Source of the DNA: Malacoraja senta
Taxonomy: Eukaryota
Direction: 5' to 3'
Length of the DNA: 64,000 nt
Assembly (NCBI GenBank): GCA_038087875.1
Contig: CM075982.1
Span: 5,022,001 to 5,086,000 of the forward strand
Position numbers and translations under genes: made by a program. Positions within the stretch are counted from its first letter, which is position 1; every line of letters begins with the position of its first letter. Under the pieces are notes generated by a model. It worked only from the letters and a program-made list of their open reading frames with translations. It was not told the DNA's origin and did not search any database. Shown one piece after another: positions 39,157 through 52,816 of the stretch.

Positions 39157-40138
39157 CATTAAATCTATTAAATCAAATGTTCTATGCAGAAATATAAAAT
39201 AAATTTAAACCAGATTTTAATCGGGCTTCATATATACAGTATGCTCATCACATCCTAGTCTACAGTTTTTGGTCGATCATCCTGCACAAGTTCAATACTG
39301 TATGTCTAAATTGAACTGCTTTCTCCCAGTTCCAATCCTATCCATCTGATCAAAAGCAGCAAATCATCTGTGATGGATCCAGCACTGTCATCTGGTAATA
39401 TGTTCCCAAAGGATCTAAATCACTTTCCAGTTCTTAGTCATCTGTCTGCTGTAGTTTGATGACTCCATCTGAAACTACATTGTTGGGTTCAGAGTACATG
39501 CTGGTGACTCGGCATCACCTCACTGAACACATTCCTGCACTGCCCACCACAGCTCTTGATTATTTATTGTTTTATTCCATCTCGAATATTAGATGAGAAG
39601 AAATCATCTCCAAATATCAGGATTTCTGAACACAATTTCTTCCTTTTACACCATAAGTTCCATTGCTCTTACTAAGCCAGGCTTCAACAAGACTTTGTGC
39701 AAATGTTCAGCCTGAATTGAGCCTCTGACTCCATGTGCATTACAAAACCGAGATTGACTGCTTCCAGCCCTGAGCTTCATTATTATTCCCGCATTCCAAT
39801 TGCATACGTCAGTGGAAAGCCAAGGACAAACCTGGGCATACTGCAATCCACATTCTGGCAAATCACTGGGCAGCCCTATTTTGATTCCAGTATCCAGCTA
39901 CTCCCTTATATATGTGCCAGTGTTACTTGCAGACTTCCAAACTTATCTACAGTATGCCGTAAGACGAATCTGTGTTGCACATTACTCTCACAAAATTCCT
40001 GTCAAGATGTGCAAACACCTGTAAAATAACCAAAGGAAAATGAGATTGGGGCAATTAGGAACATAAACATTTCCACAAGGTTAATGATTCTGTTTTTGTA
40101 ACATACAAAGAAAATAACACGCTTATGTATTTATAAAG

Positions 40139-40279
40139 GCTCCTACGTTAACATTAGAGGGTGGACGTCTGAAACGGAATCAAGCTTTGGTTCAAGGCAA
40201 AGACTATGAGGTTGTCCCAGAACCAGTATGGAGGGCATTGTACCACTGGTACGGGGCAAATCTATCTCTACCTAGGCCT
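40139..40279 (+). CDS. USP32: USP32 exon ~15 (APTLTLEGGRLKR...VPEPVWRALYHWYGANLSLPRP)
   Basis: ataaag acceptor (weak), gtaagt donor, 141 nt. Confidence 0.93.
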
Positions 40280-40844
40280 GTAAGTTACCTTTGCCTTTCA
40301 ATTCAATTTGTTACTAATGCTTTTAGATTTGAATACCTTTGAATTTGCTTTTAAATTTGAATCTTGTCAAAGAATTAACCTGAAATAAAAACACGATACT
40401 TAAATGTTCAGCAGGCTACACCGTACTGTGGAAAGAGGAATAGTTAACATTGAAATGGCATCAACTTCATTTATTCCTCTTTCTAGTAATATAGGTATTC
40501 TGCTGTATTTCCTCCATTTTGTTTCTATTTCTAACTAGAGATTGTTAGAAATGGACAGGGACCAGGCCTCCCGTTGGGTCCCTGTCACATGGGAGGCCTG
40601 GTCCCCCTACGCAACCCGTTCCCCCAACGCAATATTCCACCACTCACCCGTTCCCCAATATCCAGCATCTGCATTTTAAGATTTTTTTGAAGAATTGACC
40701 CATTATTTACAATTATTTTCATTTATTTGGGTATTGTGCAATAATTTGACTATCACCAGTTTGATCTTTGTACGCATCAGAAGTGCTGTAACCATTTGAT
40801 TAGGTCAGTAACTGCACATTTTCATTTATTTTTAATTGTTATAG

Positions 40845-40962
40845 GTCATTAAAAATACGACAACAAGTGAAGAAGAGCTGGAGTTGTTTCCTCGCTACCT
40901 TCTTTTTTTGCGTCAACAACCAGCCACACGCACTCAACAGTCCTACATCTGGGTGAATATGG
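40845..40962 (+). CDS. USP32: USP32 exon ~16 (VIKNTTTSEEELELFPRYLLFLRQQPATRTQQSYIWVNM); possible extension to 40998
   Basis: ttatag / gtatga, 118 nt. Confidence 0.92.
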
Positions 40963-42876
40963 GTATGATGAGCCTGAGAACATTTCCTCACCATGGAGGT
41001 ATTGTAAGACTGCAGCAAGAATAGGAGTTGTTGGCTTTCTAGTTGCTTCGTGCCCAATCCACCTGTTTTATTTTTAAATTCCGATTGTAGATTATCATTG
41101 AGGTTTTCTTAAAACCATTTGGCCAGTTGGGGTCTGTTGGCTCAGGAAAATTGATAGAAATTAGAAACATTTGGGATGTTCCTGACATCCAATGAATTTG
41201 TTTCACTAAATGAACACCACAAAAGTAATTGTCTGACTATATTTGTGGCATATAAACACTTTTACCATTGTAAGCTGCGCAATTTAGTGGGTGCAATCTA
41301 TAATTGAATAATTTAAGTAGAGTTTGTCCAGTTAAAATTGATCAAAATTTAGTTGTGTATATAGTGATATAATATAGAACCCTGGTTCATTTATTTCTTC
41401 CAGGTCCTGTGTTGGGCTCAATACTTTATCGGCTCATTTCTTTCCTTGAGTAATGTTTTGGAGAAACCTCAAATGATAACTTTCTGAATCTTACCCCGCA
41501 ATGTTTTTAGAAAATTGTTCTTAAATTTATCAATCCACTTTCTTGCTGTAATCTTACATCTATACCTTCTAATTTATGATTTAATTGATTTTTTTTTTCA
41601 TATGCATTAGCTTTAACCAGTGTTATTCCCTCAGTGTACTTTTTGTGATTTAGATGTGCATGAATGCCTCAAAGAAATGATTTAACTATCCATTTCTCTG
41701 CAAAGTAAATGTTTATTCTTTGCTATATTTTTTTCAATTAATTAATTTACATTTTTAATTTGGAAAATTTAGCTGATGAGAAAAGGATAACCACGCATAT
41801 ATATATTTTTTATTTGTTCGTGCTTTTTTTCCCTGCCCAATTTAATCATGAACTGGTCTTTGCCAACCTATTCTGTAATTATCTTGTCTGATTTTGAGGG
41901 ATATGCTGTTATTCCTGTAGTGGCTTTTAGAAAGAGCTTGTTCTTAATACCGTTTTCTAATTTGATTAAGATTTGTACCTTTCCACATAAAGAACATGTA
42001 AACCCACATTATTTTTGCTATATCATGGAACACATTAATTTACTGGTCCATTTTACTATTTATTGAGTCACTTTTGACTTGAAGTTCATCAACAATGCTA
42101 AAAACAAGCAGTGGGTTTAAAAGATACTGATTTAGTTATGTTTTCAAACAGAATATTCTAATAATTTGCGGATTTATGTAAATGTTTTCAAATATTACAA
42201 TCCAATTTAAAGTGCAGTAATAAAATTCTATGCTTAAATTGTTTTTTCAATAAAATCTATCTTGTAGAGAAAATAATTCCATGTAATATAATAATGCTTT
42301 ATTAGCGTTGTTGATTTATAAGCCAATCAGAATCTAGGAGCACCAGAATCAATTGCTTTTTGGTTGAATTGGAGTTGCTATATTAAATCATTTCTCTACT
42401 CAGCCTTTATATGGAAAGGAATCAATATAATGAACATTTAATTTTCAACATATGGGCGTTTTTATATTTTTGATAGCTAGGAAATGATGAAACATAACCA
42501 TTAATGCATTGCATCAAACAGATGGTGGTTATTATGTATCTGCTTGATTACTGAATACTTAGTAGGAATGAAAACAAAATAACAATGTATAGATAGTAAA
42601 TAGCCTTGCAGTTCTTCACTTTCAATCAGACTCTTTGAAGTTGCATGGGCATCAATCCATTTTAAGCCTGAGGAAGAGGTAGAGCTTACTAGGGCAGTAT
42701 GTGTGCAGGAAGACTCGCTTTGTCTTCTATATATGCCCATCACAGTACGATAGTACAAAACAAAATGTCACTTATTCATGAAGGTCCCAGCACACTCGGG
42801 GATGATATGAGCATATTAAATTATTTTATAGCATGATTTGCATACTTGCATCTAAAAATATTTGTTGTGAACTTAG

Positions 42877-43031
42877 GAAATGTACCTTCACCATCGTCAC
42901 CAATGAAACGAGTGCTAGCTTACACGGGCTGCTTTAGCCGAATGCAAACAATAAAAGATATCCATGAGTACTTATCTCGGCGGCTTCGAATAAAGGAGGA
43001 AGACATGCGACTCTGGCTGTACAATAGTGAG
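42877..43031 (+). CDS. USP32: USP32 exon ~17 (GNVPSPSSPMKRVLAYTGCFSRMQT...RLWLYNSE)
   Basis: acttag / gtaaag, 155 nt. Confidence 0.95.
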
Positions 43032-43113
43032 GTAAAGAAATATTTCTCATATTAGGTCCTTAGGATTGGATTGTTTTGGGATGATCATGTCACATAACAA
43101 TTTTATTTTGTAG

Positions 43114-43195
43114 AACTACCTTGCACTACTGGATGATGAGGATCACACTTTAGAAGACTTAAAAATTCTAGATGAACAACACTTGGTGATTGAAG
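43114..43195 (+). CDS. USP32: USP32 exon ~18 (NYLALLDDEDHTLEDLKILDEQHLVIE)
   Basis: ttgtag / gtaaaa, 82 nt; follows an 82-nt intron. Confidence 0.94.
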
Positions 43196-45759
43196 GTAAA
43201 AGCAATGTTTTTCAAAATCAACATGCAGATTATTGAAATTAATTCATAATTGGTAATGTGGAGTCCAAATTCATTTTTAATAGGATTTAGTTAAACCACA
43301 GTTGACAAACAGATCACTATTCTTATGATTTCATGGATAAGATGATTTTAAAATGTGCTCCGTCTAAGACAGAAACATTTCAGCAAGTTACCATTTCCAG
43401 AAATTACCATTGGTGATTGATAATAAAACTAGATATTCATGTTTTGCTTACCAGGGTGCATCGAACTTTTACTGCAAGCTCACTCCCTCCTTGAAATCTT
43501 GAAGTTTTGTATCATATTGTCCATGATTGAGTTTGCTTGATGAATACAAATAAAAGACTCGGCTAAAATTCTGAGCTGATTTTTTTTTTCTCATAACTAT
43601 TAGTATTTTAATGATCCAGCTCAATAAAATGCTTAATAAAATAATAGATATGAGCATTTTATTGCAAAAGCCATCAGAAATAAATGTAAACTTGATTTTT
43701 TTGATGTGACATTTTATGTCCACAGTGTCTTTCACGGTGATTGTAAACATGACATTCATCATGCACTCACCGATCAAGACCATTGCCTTGGGGTAGGGGA
43801 GGGAGTTCAAGTCCTTCTGCTTGAGTGGTAAACCAGTTTAGGTCAGATTTTTATAGTAATGATGCCCCCAAGTGGGTTTTGTTCCCCCAGATATTCATGG
43901 GTTTTTTTTAGATATTACAATAGGTTTCTTTGCAAAGAATCATTTTTGTTCACTGAAGTATTCTTTGTTTTATTTTCAAAAGTGATATGGTATAACATGG
44001 CCCTCTAAATTGTAAAGAAACTAAGCCGGATCTCAGTGTTGAATAGATCCTGGTGTAAAACAACATTGGGTCCAAATGTTATCTTCATTCACTAGTCTAT
44101 GGTCTTATTTTGTCTTGTCATTTTAACATTCCCTGCATAAATGGGTAACATATTGGCTGAAGAAAGTTTTAAGAGTTATCTGAATCCGTTGTGTTTCCAC
44201 CACTTTTTGTGTGCAATTTGGAAAAACTTTCACTTACCCCATGTTTTCTGAGTTGGGAATACATTTTCAATCACAGGCACACAATATTTTTTTTCATGTT
44301 TATTTCAGTTAGTGTGCTGCTAAAGCTGTCAAAATAACTTTGCAGCTCACAGTAAAAATTCAAATGACCAGCAGCCAAGTTTGAAAATATATGTAGTTAG
44401 TAATTTTGGAAATAAAAGCACAAAAGCCCATTTAATCCATTTTCTGACATCATCATAGTTGCATGGTATAATAGTGGAGTTATTAACCAATTCTGGCAAA
44501 CCATCTTTCGTCAATTAGTTTCCAAACGATATGACTCGAGATAAGGTAAACCACCAATGGTGGAAGATTTTGGACACTACAGTTCAAAGTCTTCTTGTAA
44601 CCATGTATTATATATTTCACAGGAAGTTAGTGTTAACATTTTGCACTTAACACTTTTTTGTGCAAAAAGCAAGCAATAACCACCTTACCATCTATAATTG
44701 AGATCCTCATTGCCCGTCTCCATTTGTACATCTTCATATATTGGAAGAAACTGACTTTCCATTTAATTTGGAATTATTTCTTTCACAATCAAAAATATTC
44801 CATTCCTTAAAGAGCTGGGGGCTATAATAAATCACCTTTTCCCCCTTTAGCTAATTGGTATTTTGTCCAAAAGAATCAATAATCCAATAACTGTAAATGT
44901 ACTTGAGTTTGTTCTTGGGGTATGGGTGACCCAGAGAGCAGTATTTATTGTCTGTCCATATCTTATTGGGGAACAGTACATCTCCTATTTCCAACTTGCT
45001 CAGTACATCCTTGCATCTGTACATTTTGGATATATTTAAGAAATTAAAACTACTAATGATTTTATTTTGGTTCAAGTGCATTGGGGATAGAGTGACAGAG
45101 TTCATAATGTTTCTTGTTACTCCTGTTAATTTGCAATGTTTGAGAAATTGATATAATTTATTTTTCAATTTAAAATATTATTTTTCAAACCACCAGTATT
45201 AGCAAATGAAATCCTTTTTTACAAACATAGAAAAAAAACATGTAAAAACATGTTTAAAAAAAAACCCTGTAGTAATGATATTTCATTCAAGCCTAGGTTT
45301 GAATGACAATAAATAGCATTCTATTCTAGAACATTATAGATAAGCACCTCCAGCTTTGAAAATACCTATTTAAACTTTACTGTATCATGTTGTGTATGTT
45401 AGTAGATGTCTGTTCAAGTCTATATATCCCAGCACAGTGCATTCCTAATTTCAGGCTCGTTAGGCATTCATTGATGGCAGGGTACTTCCCCACATGAGGT
45501 ATGAAAGAATTTAGAGGATCAGTTATTCTAGGATTTTTAATTCTTCCTTTCCAGCAGTCAGTTAAACATCAAAAAGTAAGAAACATGAACTGAGTTAATC
45601 CTCCATTTATGATGTGATTGGTTAGACTTTAGAAGAGAGATTAAAAATGAATTGCAAAACACAAATTTAAACTACTTTGTCAAAAGAGACTTTCCAGTTA
45701 CCTAAGTGCAAACATTGTTACGGTACTATCAGCCTGATATCCTGCATTTCTTATAATAG

Positions 45760-45834
45760 TTCGCAACAAAGATATGAGTTGGCCGGAGGAGATGTCATTC
45801 ATTGCAAACAGTAGCAAAATGGACAGACACAAGG
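45760..45834 (+). CDS. USP32: USP32 exon ~19 (VRNKDMSWPEEMSFIANSSKMDRHK)
   Basis: taatag / gtaggt, 75 nt. Confidence 0.95.
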
Positions 45835-46739
45835 GTAGGTACAAACATAGAACTTAAGTATAGGTGAACGATTCATTTCACATTGTGGGGTCATTGAGCA
45901 AATTGGAGGTAATTTTAACAGTTTCACATATTTATTGAAATAACTTGAATATCAGCAAATAAATTTATTGCTTATCTAATATTTTGGCAAATGAAAGCCA
46001 CCACTAAAATGGAAACAAATATATTTACATTAAATATTTCAGATATGTGCACAAGATGAATTGAATTATGCACTTCAAAATGCTTGCGAATGCCTTAATC
46101 CTTCCTTATATGTGAAATTATTTCTTATTGCATTTGTATATTTGATTAAAATATTCTAAATATGGAATGGAGTAAATTTCCATTAAACCTGCCGTTGCTA
46201 TTGGCCCCACAATTATATTTTTTTCTTCACTAATATTTATTCTAACATGTAGGAGGTTGTAGCTCAGTGAGGATGGGTTCATAGATGGGGGGAAATGTCC
46301 TGTTTGGTTGGATTGGGAAACATGTACAACACAAGCTCATCACGTGTAAAGCTTATACCCTTATTTCTCTGGCAAAAAGGTGTATATTTTTTCTTAACAT
46401 ACAAAAGAACCATAATTCACAGCTTTCTCAAGAACACGAGTTCAGAAGGATTTTGTTGGTCATTATCAAACTGATGATGTTTTGGGTTTCTTGAAACTTT
46501 TGGGGAATATTGTTCAGTATGCAACTATGCAGTGAAGCCAAATGTATTCCTTCTGTTTATATTTTTGCATTTCTTCATCTTATCAATTATGCATCTTTAG
46601 ACAAACAAGTTAACAAATTGACCCCCCTCTCCCCACACAACCCTACCATGCATTCAGTCTTTCTACGAGAAGGGTACCCGTGGGATTGCTGACAGAACGT
46701 CATTTCATTAGCATAACATTATAAAAAACATATTCTTAA

Positions 46740-48900
46740 GATTGACAATGGTAGCATTTAATGCCAATCTTAAGTGTCATTGAAGGGAATGATCCTGAAC
46801 TGCACTGCTGTGGTAAATGTACTGACGCAGTGCTATTATGCAGGATGTTGTAGCATTTTGATCCGATGATAAAGGAATAGCAATTTATTTCCAAGTGAGA
46901 ATGGTGTCTGATTCAGAGAAATTGCAGGCAGTGACATTTCCATACCTCAGCTGCCTTTTTCCTTGAAGGTGATGAGTGTGATTGGGTTTAGAAGGGTTAG
47001 AATTAAACAAGTTACACTTGTGTCTTCCATGGAATAAACAAGCTGCATCTGTGCTGTGCTGCGGTTGGAGGAAATGAATGTTCAGAATGGTAGCTGGGGT
47101 ATCAATCAGATTGACCTCCTTGATAACACTAGTGCCATTGGAGCTGCAGTAATCCAGGCTATTTCTCTTATTCCTGAAAGGTTTTAGATGATTAAAGATG
47201 ATCCTTCACAAAATGCCCAACTCTGATCTAGGCTTAAAAGTACAACATTTGTGGTTGGTTGAATTAAGTTTGTGGCCTCTAATGCTCTCCTCATCCCCCC
47301 CCCCCTCCCCCTCCACCTCCCACCCCAACATGTCAATGGTGAGAACTTTGATAAAAATCTCACATGGGATGAGAAGTTCAACTCTATTTTGTTGTAGATG
47401 GTGGTTACCATGGAGTTTTTGTGTGGTACTCTTGCTTGCATTTAATTTACCTGATTGGATGTTAACCAGGTTTCATTACCTGTGGATGGAACTGAATGGT
47501 GTAGATGTCAGCAAGCGTCTTTACTTGGAATTTTATGATGGACTAAAATTATGAAAGAACTGAAGATGGTTAGTTCTGGGACACTTTCCCAAGGAGTTTC
47601 AGTCATTATTCCTGGACTTTTTAGTGTGCTGCAATGGCAATCCGCATTTCACTACACCAATTGGTGTATGTGACAAATAAAGAATCTTTGAACCTTTGAA
47701 CCATTGAATTAATTGACCATCATCAATCATAACCATCTTCCGTACATATATTTCCCCTTGATTCCTTCTCATTTTAATTTTGCCAGAGCATCTGAATGTG
47801 GCACTCAGTCAAATGCTGCCTTGATATCAAAGGATGACACTCTGACCTTGTCTATTTGCATCAAGGCTGTAATTTGATGAGGATTTGAGTGATGAAAGCC
47901 ATATTGAGCATTAGTAAGCAGGTTAGTGGTGAATACATGGAGATTAATGGCATTGTCAAAGACACTTTCCATCACTTTGATTAAGAGTAGAAGTATTGGG
48001 CTGTAATTGCTGGATTGGATTTGTCCTGGGACACCTGGGCAATTCTGTACATTGACACTGGAATAGGTTGCAGATCCAGCTCTCTATAGTCAATGCATAG
48101 CTAAGCACCAAAGTCAGAACCTTGTTGGGATTCATATTCTTATCCATGACATGGCTATTTCTTAGTATCAGGTCGATAGAATCAAGTTAGTGAAGACTAA
48201 CTTTAATGAAGGTTCTGACAACTAAAGCAGGGGGGTAAGGTGGATCATCCAATTGGCATGTCTGTCTGAAGATAATTGAATTTGCTTCAGTCTCCTCCAC
48301 TCTGCCTTCACTGGGCATGGTGTTGGCCACCTTTTCCAGTTAGTTGTTTCATTGTTCATTGCATTTAGAATTGAATGTGGTTCAACTGCAAAGCATTGAA
48401 TTATTCATAATGCAAACTGTCTTGCTGTTTGAGGCCCAGTCACTTCATGATTCCAGTTTTGAATCAGTAGATCTGTCTTGAATATATCTCATATCAAAGG
48501 TGTGCTTGGTGTAAGGGCAGTGCTGCTCCTCCATATGTACCATGCAGTGATCACTCCCACCTTTATGGACTGTTGCATCAGTGATGGGTAGATTGACACG
48601 GTCAAGTCAAGTAGATTTTCCCTACATTAGTTCTCACTCCAGCAGTTGCATATTGAATATTGCAAGCTTATCATTCAGAATTTGACTGGCTCAGTCAATG
48701 TTGGAGACCTCCTTAGTGATGGACATTCTACATTCTATGTCTTTCCTACATTTAACTCCTCCAATTATTACTCAACATGGATATGTACCCATTCATGACT
48801 TGTAGGAGGGCAGTATAATTTTTGTTGCCACTTACATTGAACCTACCACGGGAATTGGGATGTACCCACACTTGGTGATGGAGAGGTCTTGTGCATGCAT
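46740..48900 (-). mobile_element. Ancient, highly degraded LINE relic
   Basis: Residual RT-like antisense segments such as aaatgctgccttgatatcaa (DIKAAF on the minus strand); no open frame; boundaries approximate. Confidence 0.4.
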
Positions 48901-49066
48901 TTACAATTCTTCAAATAATTAGCAGTACATTGGGAGAAAGATATTAAATGTGCCATTGTTTATCTGTGATAATTTCCTGATTGTGTTTGTTTTATTCCTG
49001 CTTTTCTTGTTTCAACCAGCTTCATAAATTCCATCATAATTAGGCTCAATAATATTTTCATTCTAG

Positions 49067-49205
49067 TTCCAACTGAAAAAGGTGCCACAGGGCTAAGTAA
49101 CCTGGGAAACACGTGTTTTATGAATTCCAGCATCCAGTGTGTCAGTAACACACAGCCACTTACCCGGTACTTCATCTCAGGGAGACATCTTTACGAACTC
49201 AACAG
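49067..49205 (+). CDS. USP32: USP32 exon ~20, catalytic Cys box ([20 protein letters not shown])
   Basis: ttctag / gtaaga, 139 nt; USP family Cys-box motif. Confidence 0.97.
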
Positions 49206-49998
49206 GTAAGAACATTTAAATCCAATTTGCTGATATGACGTTTTGTAGATATCTTTTCCCTTTGTTCATTTCGATTTCAAAATTATTTTGATCTCTACTT
49301 TTGATTAATACACCAAAATAAGAATATTAATATAATGCAACGGTACTTTTAATCCAGTTGTCCCAAAATTGTACAAGATTTGGATCCACACCCAGATTGA
49401 ATTTATTCCTTGTTTACCTCATTATAAAATGAGACTGTTCTGATACACTAAGCGTTTTTGATTTTACTGAACTTGTAGTGGGAACACTTAAAAGTGGGAA
49501 TAATTTGCAATTACCAGATGAAAAACTACTTTTGAACAAATTGATTTTAATTCTCATATATAAAAAAATATTTAATTAACAGCAACTTCTGTGTAATATA
49601 TAAATATGTAACTACATATTGAATATGCAGTAATTATAATTAATATGTGGCTTCTATTTAATGTTATTCAGAGCGACTTAAATGCATATCATGATTTGGC
49701 AATGTGATAGGGTTTGGTTTGTATTCAATCACTTAATTTAGTAATTATGCTGTCATCTGGCTACTTTTGCCACTCAGCTTATTTCAAAATCTGCTGGAGT
49801 TGTGATTAACTGCATGAACATTTTTACTGTGTCCATCAACAATTGTTCTGCACTTTCATTGCATTATCTGTTTTGGTTTGAACTTGGTTAAATATAAATA
49901 TTGGTCGTCATTATTTTGAGGCAATGGTGATCTTAGTAACTCTTTTTGGAGGAGAGCTGTCGATTATATTTTTGAGTGCTGATTAATTGCTGAAAGTA

Positions 49999-50152
49999 TT
50001 ACTGGAGAGAAGGAATGAGTCATGTTTCGGGTTGAGACCCCACCCCCCACTCCATTCCTTCTCTCCAGTGATGCTGCCTGTCCCCGCTGAGTTACTCCAG
50101 CATTTTGTGACTACCTTCGATTTAAACCAGCGTCTGCAGTTCTTTCCTACAC
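49999..50152. mobile_element. Penelope-terminus insert with inverted 5' segment
   Basis: 10-bp TSD gctgaaagta (49989-49998 and 50153-50162); ctggagagaaggaatg / cattccttctctccag inversion. Confidence 0.72.
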
Positions 50153-50892
50153 GCTGAAAGTAATGCGACAGGTTTCTATTTATAGATAATTTATATTAGA
50201 TTTAGTCTTGTGCCATTAATTGAAAACAACATTATTCATGAATATACACATTAAACTGTCACAATGATCAACAGTGGCATATTGATGACTTTTAAAACCA
50301 CTTAAATATTCATAATTTTAATATTCTCCACATATGCCAGAATAAAGCTGTTTGCTAAGTATGAAAATCTTAAGGATTCATTTGTTCCAAAGACAATGCC
50401 AGCCATCTGGTTTTCTTTTGCCATGACAAATCATACCCAAAGCTGATTTTCAACTGTTATATTATTATTACAAAGATCTAGCTAATTTTCCTTTGGAATT
50501 AGAAAAAATGATAAAACGCTTATTACTCAGCTATATGATTCATAGTTATACAGCACAGAAACTGGCCCTTTGGGCCAACCAGCCCATAACAACCAAAAAT
50601 GTCCTATTTATACTCATGTTTAGCCTATATCCTTCTAACCCTTTGCTATCCATGAACAGTGCCCTCCATAATGTTTGGGACAAAGACCCATCATTTATTT
50701 ATTTGCCTCTTTACTCCACAATTGAGATTTGTAATAGAAAAAAATCACATGTGGTTAAAGTACACAATGTACTTTAATAAAGGCCATTTTTATACATTTC
50801 GGTTTCACCATGTAGAAATTACAGCAGTGTTTATACATAGTCCCCCCATTTCTGGGCACCATAATGTTTGTGGGACAGCAATGTCATGTAAA

Positions 50893-51925
50893 TCATTTTG
50901 TTGCATATCCTTTGCAAGCAATGATTGCTTGAAATCTGCGATTCATGGACATCACCAGTTGCTGGGTGTCTTCTCTGGTGATGCTCTGCCAGGCCTGTTT
51001 TGTAGCCATCTTAGTTTATGCTTGTTTTGGGGGCTAATCCCCTTCGGTTTTCTCTTCAGCATATAAAAGGCATGCTCAATTGGGTTCAGATCGGGTGATT
51101 GACTTGGCCACTCATGAAGTGACCATTTTTTAGCTTTGAAAAACTCCTTTGTTGCTTTAACAGTATGTTTGGGATCATTGTCTTGCTATAGAATGAACTG
51201 CCGTCCAATGAGTTTTGAGGCATTTGTTTGAACTTGAGCAGATAGGATGTGTCTATACACTTCAGAATTCATTATGCTACTACCATCAGCAGTTGTATCA
51301 TCAATGAAGATAAGTGAGCCAGTACCTTCAGCAGCCATACATGCACAGGCTATAACACCCCAACCACCGTGTTTCACAGATGAGGTGGTATGCTTTAGAT
51401 TTTGGGCAGTTCCTTCTCTCCTCCATACTTTTCTCTTGCCATCACTCTGATACAAGTAAATCTTCATTTCATCTGTCCACAAGACCTTTTTCCAGAACTC
51501 TGGTTGCTCTTTTAAGTACTTCTTTGCAAACGGTAACCTGGCCATCCTATTTTTGCTGATAACCAGTAGTTTGCATCTTGCAGTGTAGCCTCTGTATTTC
51601 TGTTCATGAAGTATTCAGCGGACAGTGGTCATTGACAAATCCACACCTGACTCCTGAAGAGAGTTTCTGATCTGTCGGACAGGTGTTTGGGGATTTTTTA
51701 AATTATAGAGAGAATTCTTCTGTCATCAGCTTTGGAGGTCTTCCTTGGCCTGCCAGCCCCTTTGCGATTAGTAAGCTCACCAGTGCTGACTGTCTTCTTA
51801 ATGATGTTCCAAACAGTTGATTTTGGTAAGCCTAAGGTTTGGCTGATGTCTTTAACAGTTTTATTCTTGTTTCTCAGTCTCATAATGGCTTCTTTGACTT
51901 TCATTGGCACAACTTTGGTCCCCAT
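50893..51925 (-). pseudogene. Tc1 transposase pseudogene
   Basis: HTH region (KTVKDISQTLGLPKSTVWNIIKK), GRPRK, VLWTDE, QDND, WPSQSPDLNPIE; frameshifts and stops. Confidence 0.9.
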
Positions 51926-51949
51926 GTTGATAAACATCAATAAAAGTTT

Positions 51950-52816
51950 GAGACTGGGAACAAGAATTAGCTATTAAAATCTCAAAGGAAAGGTGGAATG
52001 AACATTTATAAAACGTGCATAAATGTTCGATTAATGTAAGACACACTTTAATACAATTTAAAATGTTACATAGATTATATTATTCAAAAACCCAATGTAT
52101 CATCCATTTGTGATAAATGTCAATCTCAAGAAGCTACTATCGCACACTCATTTGTTTTTTGTACAAAAATTCAAAAATTTTGGATTGAAATTTTTGAATT
52201 CTTTACAAAATTATTTAAAATAAAACTGATACCAAAAGCAGAATGGATTATCTTCGGAACAACAGTCCTGAACTAAATGTGTTTCAAGAGAAATTAATAG
52301 ATTACGGGTTAATAACTGGAAAAAAGTTAATCCTAAAATTCTGGAAAAACGCACCAATACCAACTATAAACATGTGGATTTCAAATATGTTTGAAATATT
52401 ACACCTAGAAGAGATAAGACTCCTCCTGGCAGGTAAACCAGATCACTTCCACCTGACGTGGTCTGCATTTATAGAATTATTACAAGTATAGGGTGCAAAA
52501 GTACTTAAAACAAAAAAAACTGAGGTCAGGTAAAGGGGGATGAAAGCTGGAGAGTTGGTATATCCCATTTGCGTGATGCTTATAACAAAGTATTTGTTTT
52601 TCTCTTTTTTCCTCTTTCTCTTTTTTTCTTCTTTAGGGTCTATCTCTTAATCCTTTCTTTTTAATTTCTTCTTCTCTTTTTTCTTAATCTCAACCTTTCC
52701 TTTTTATCAGTGTAAAAAATGACGGAGTACATTAATTGTAATAAGATATACGTGATGAGTACTAATGTAAGTGGTTGTAATGTAATGTACTTCTAATAAA
52801 TAAAAAATAAAAAAAC
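51950..52816 (+). mobile_element. 5'-truncated L1-clade LINE nested in the Tc1 element
   Basis: CCHC knuckle CDKCQSQEATIAHSFVFC, ORF2 C-terminus, aataaa and A-rich tail, 15-bp TSD catcaataaaagttt. Confidence 0.88.

Noticed and set aside
41001-41010. Strong-looking donor att|gtaaga after exon 16
   Set aside because: It gives a 41-nt extension, which is out of frame; the 36-nt donor fits the phase.
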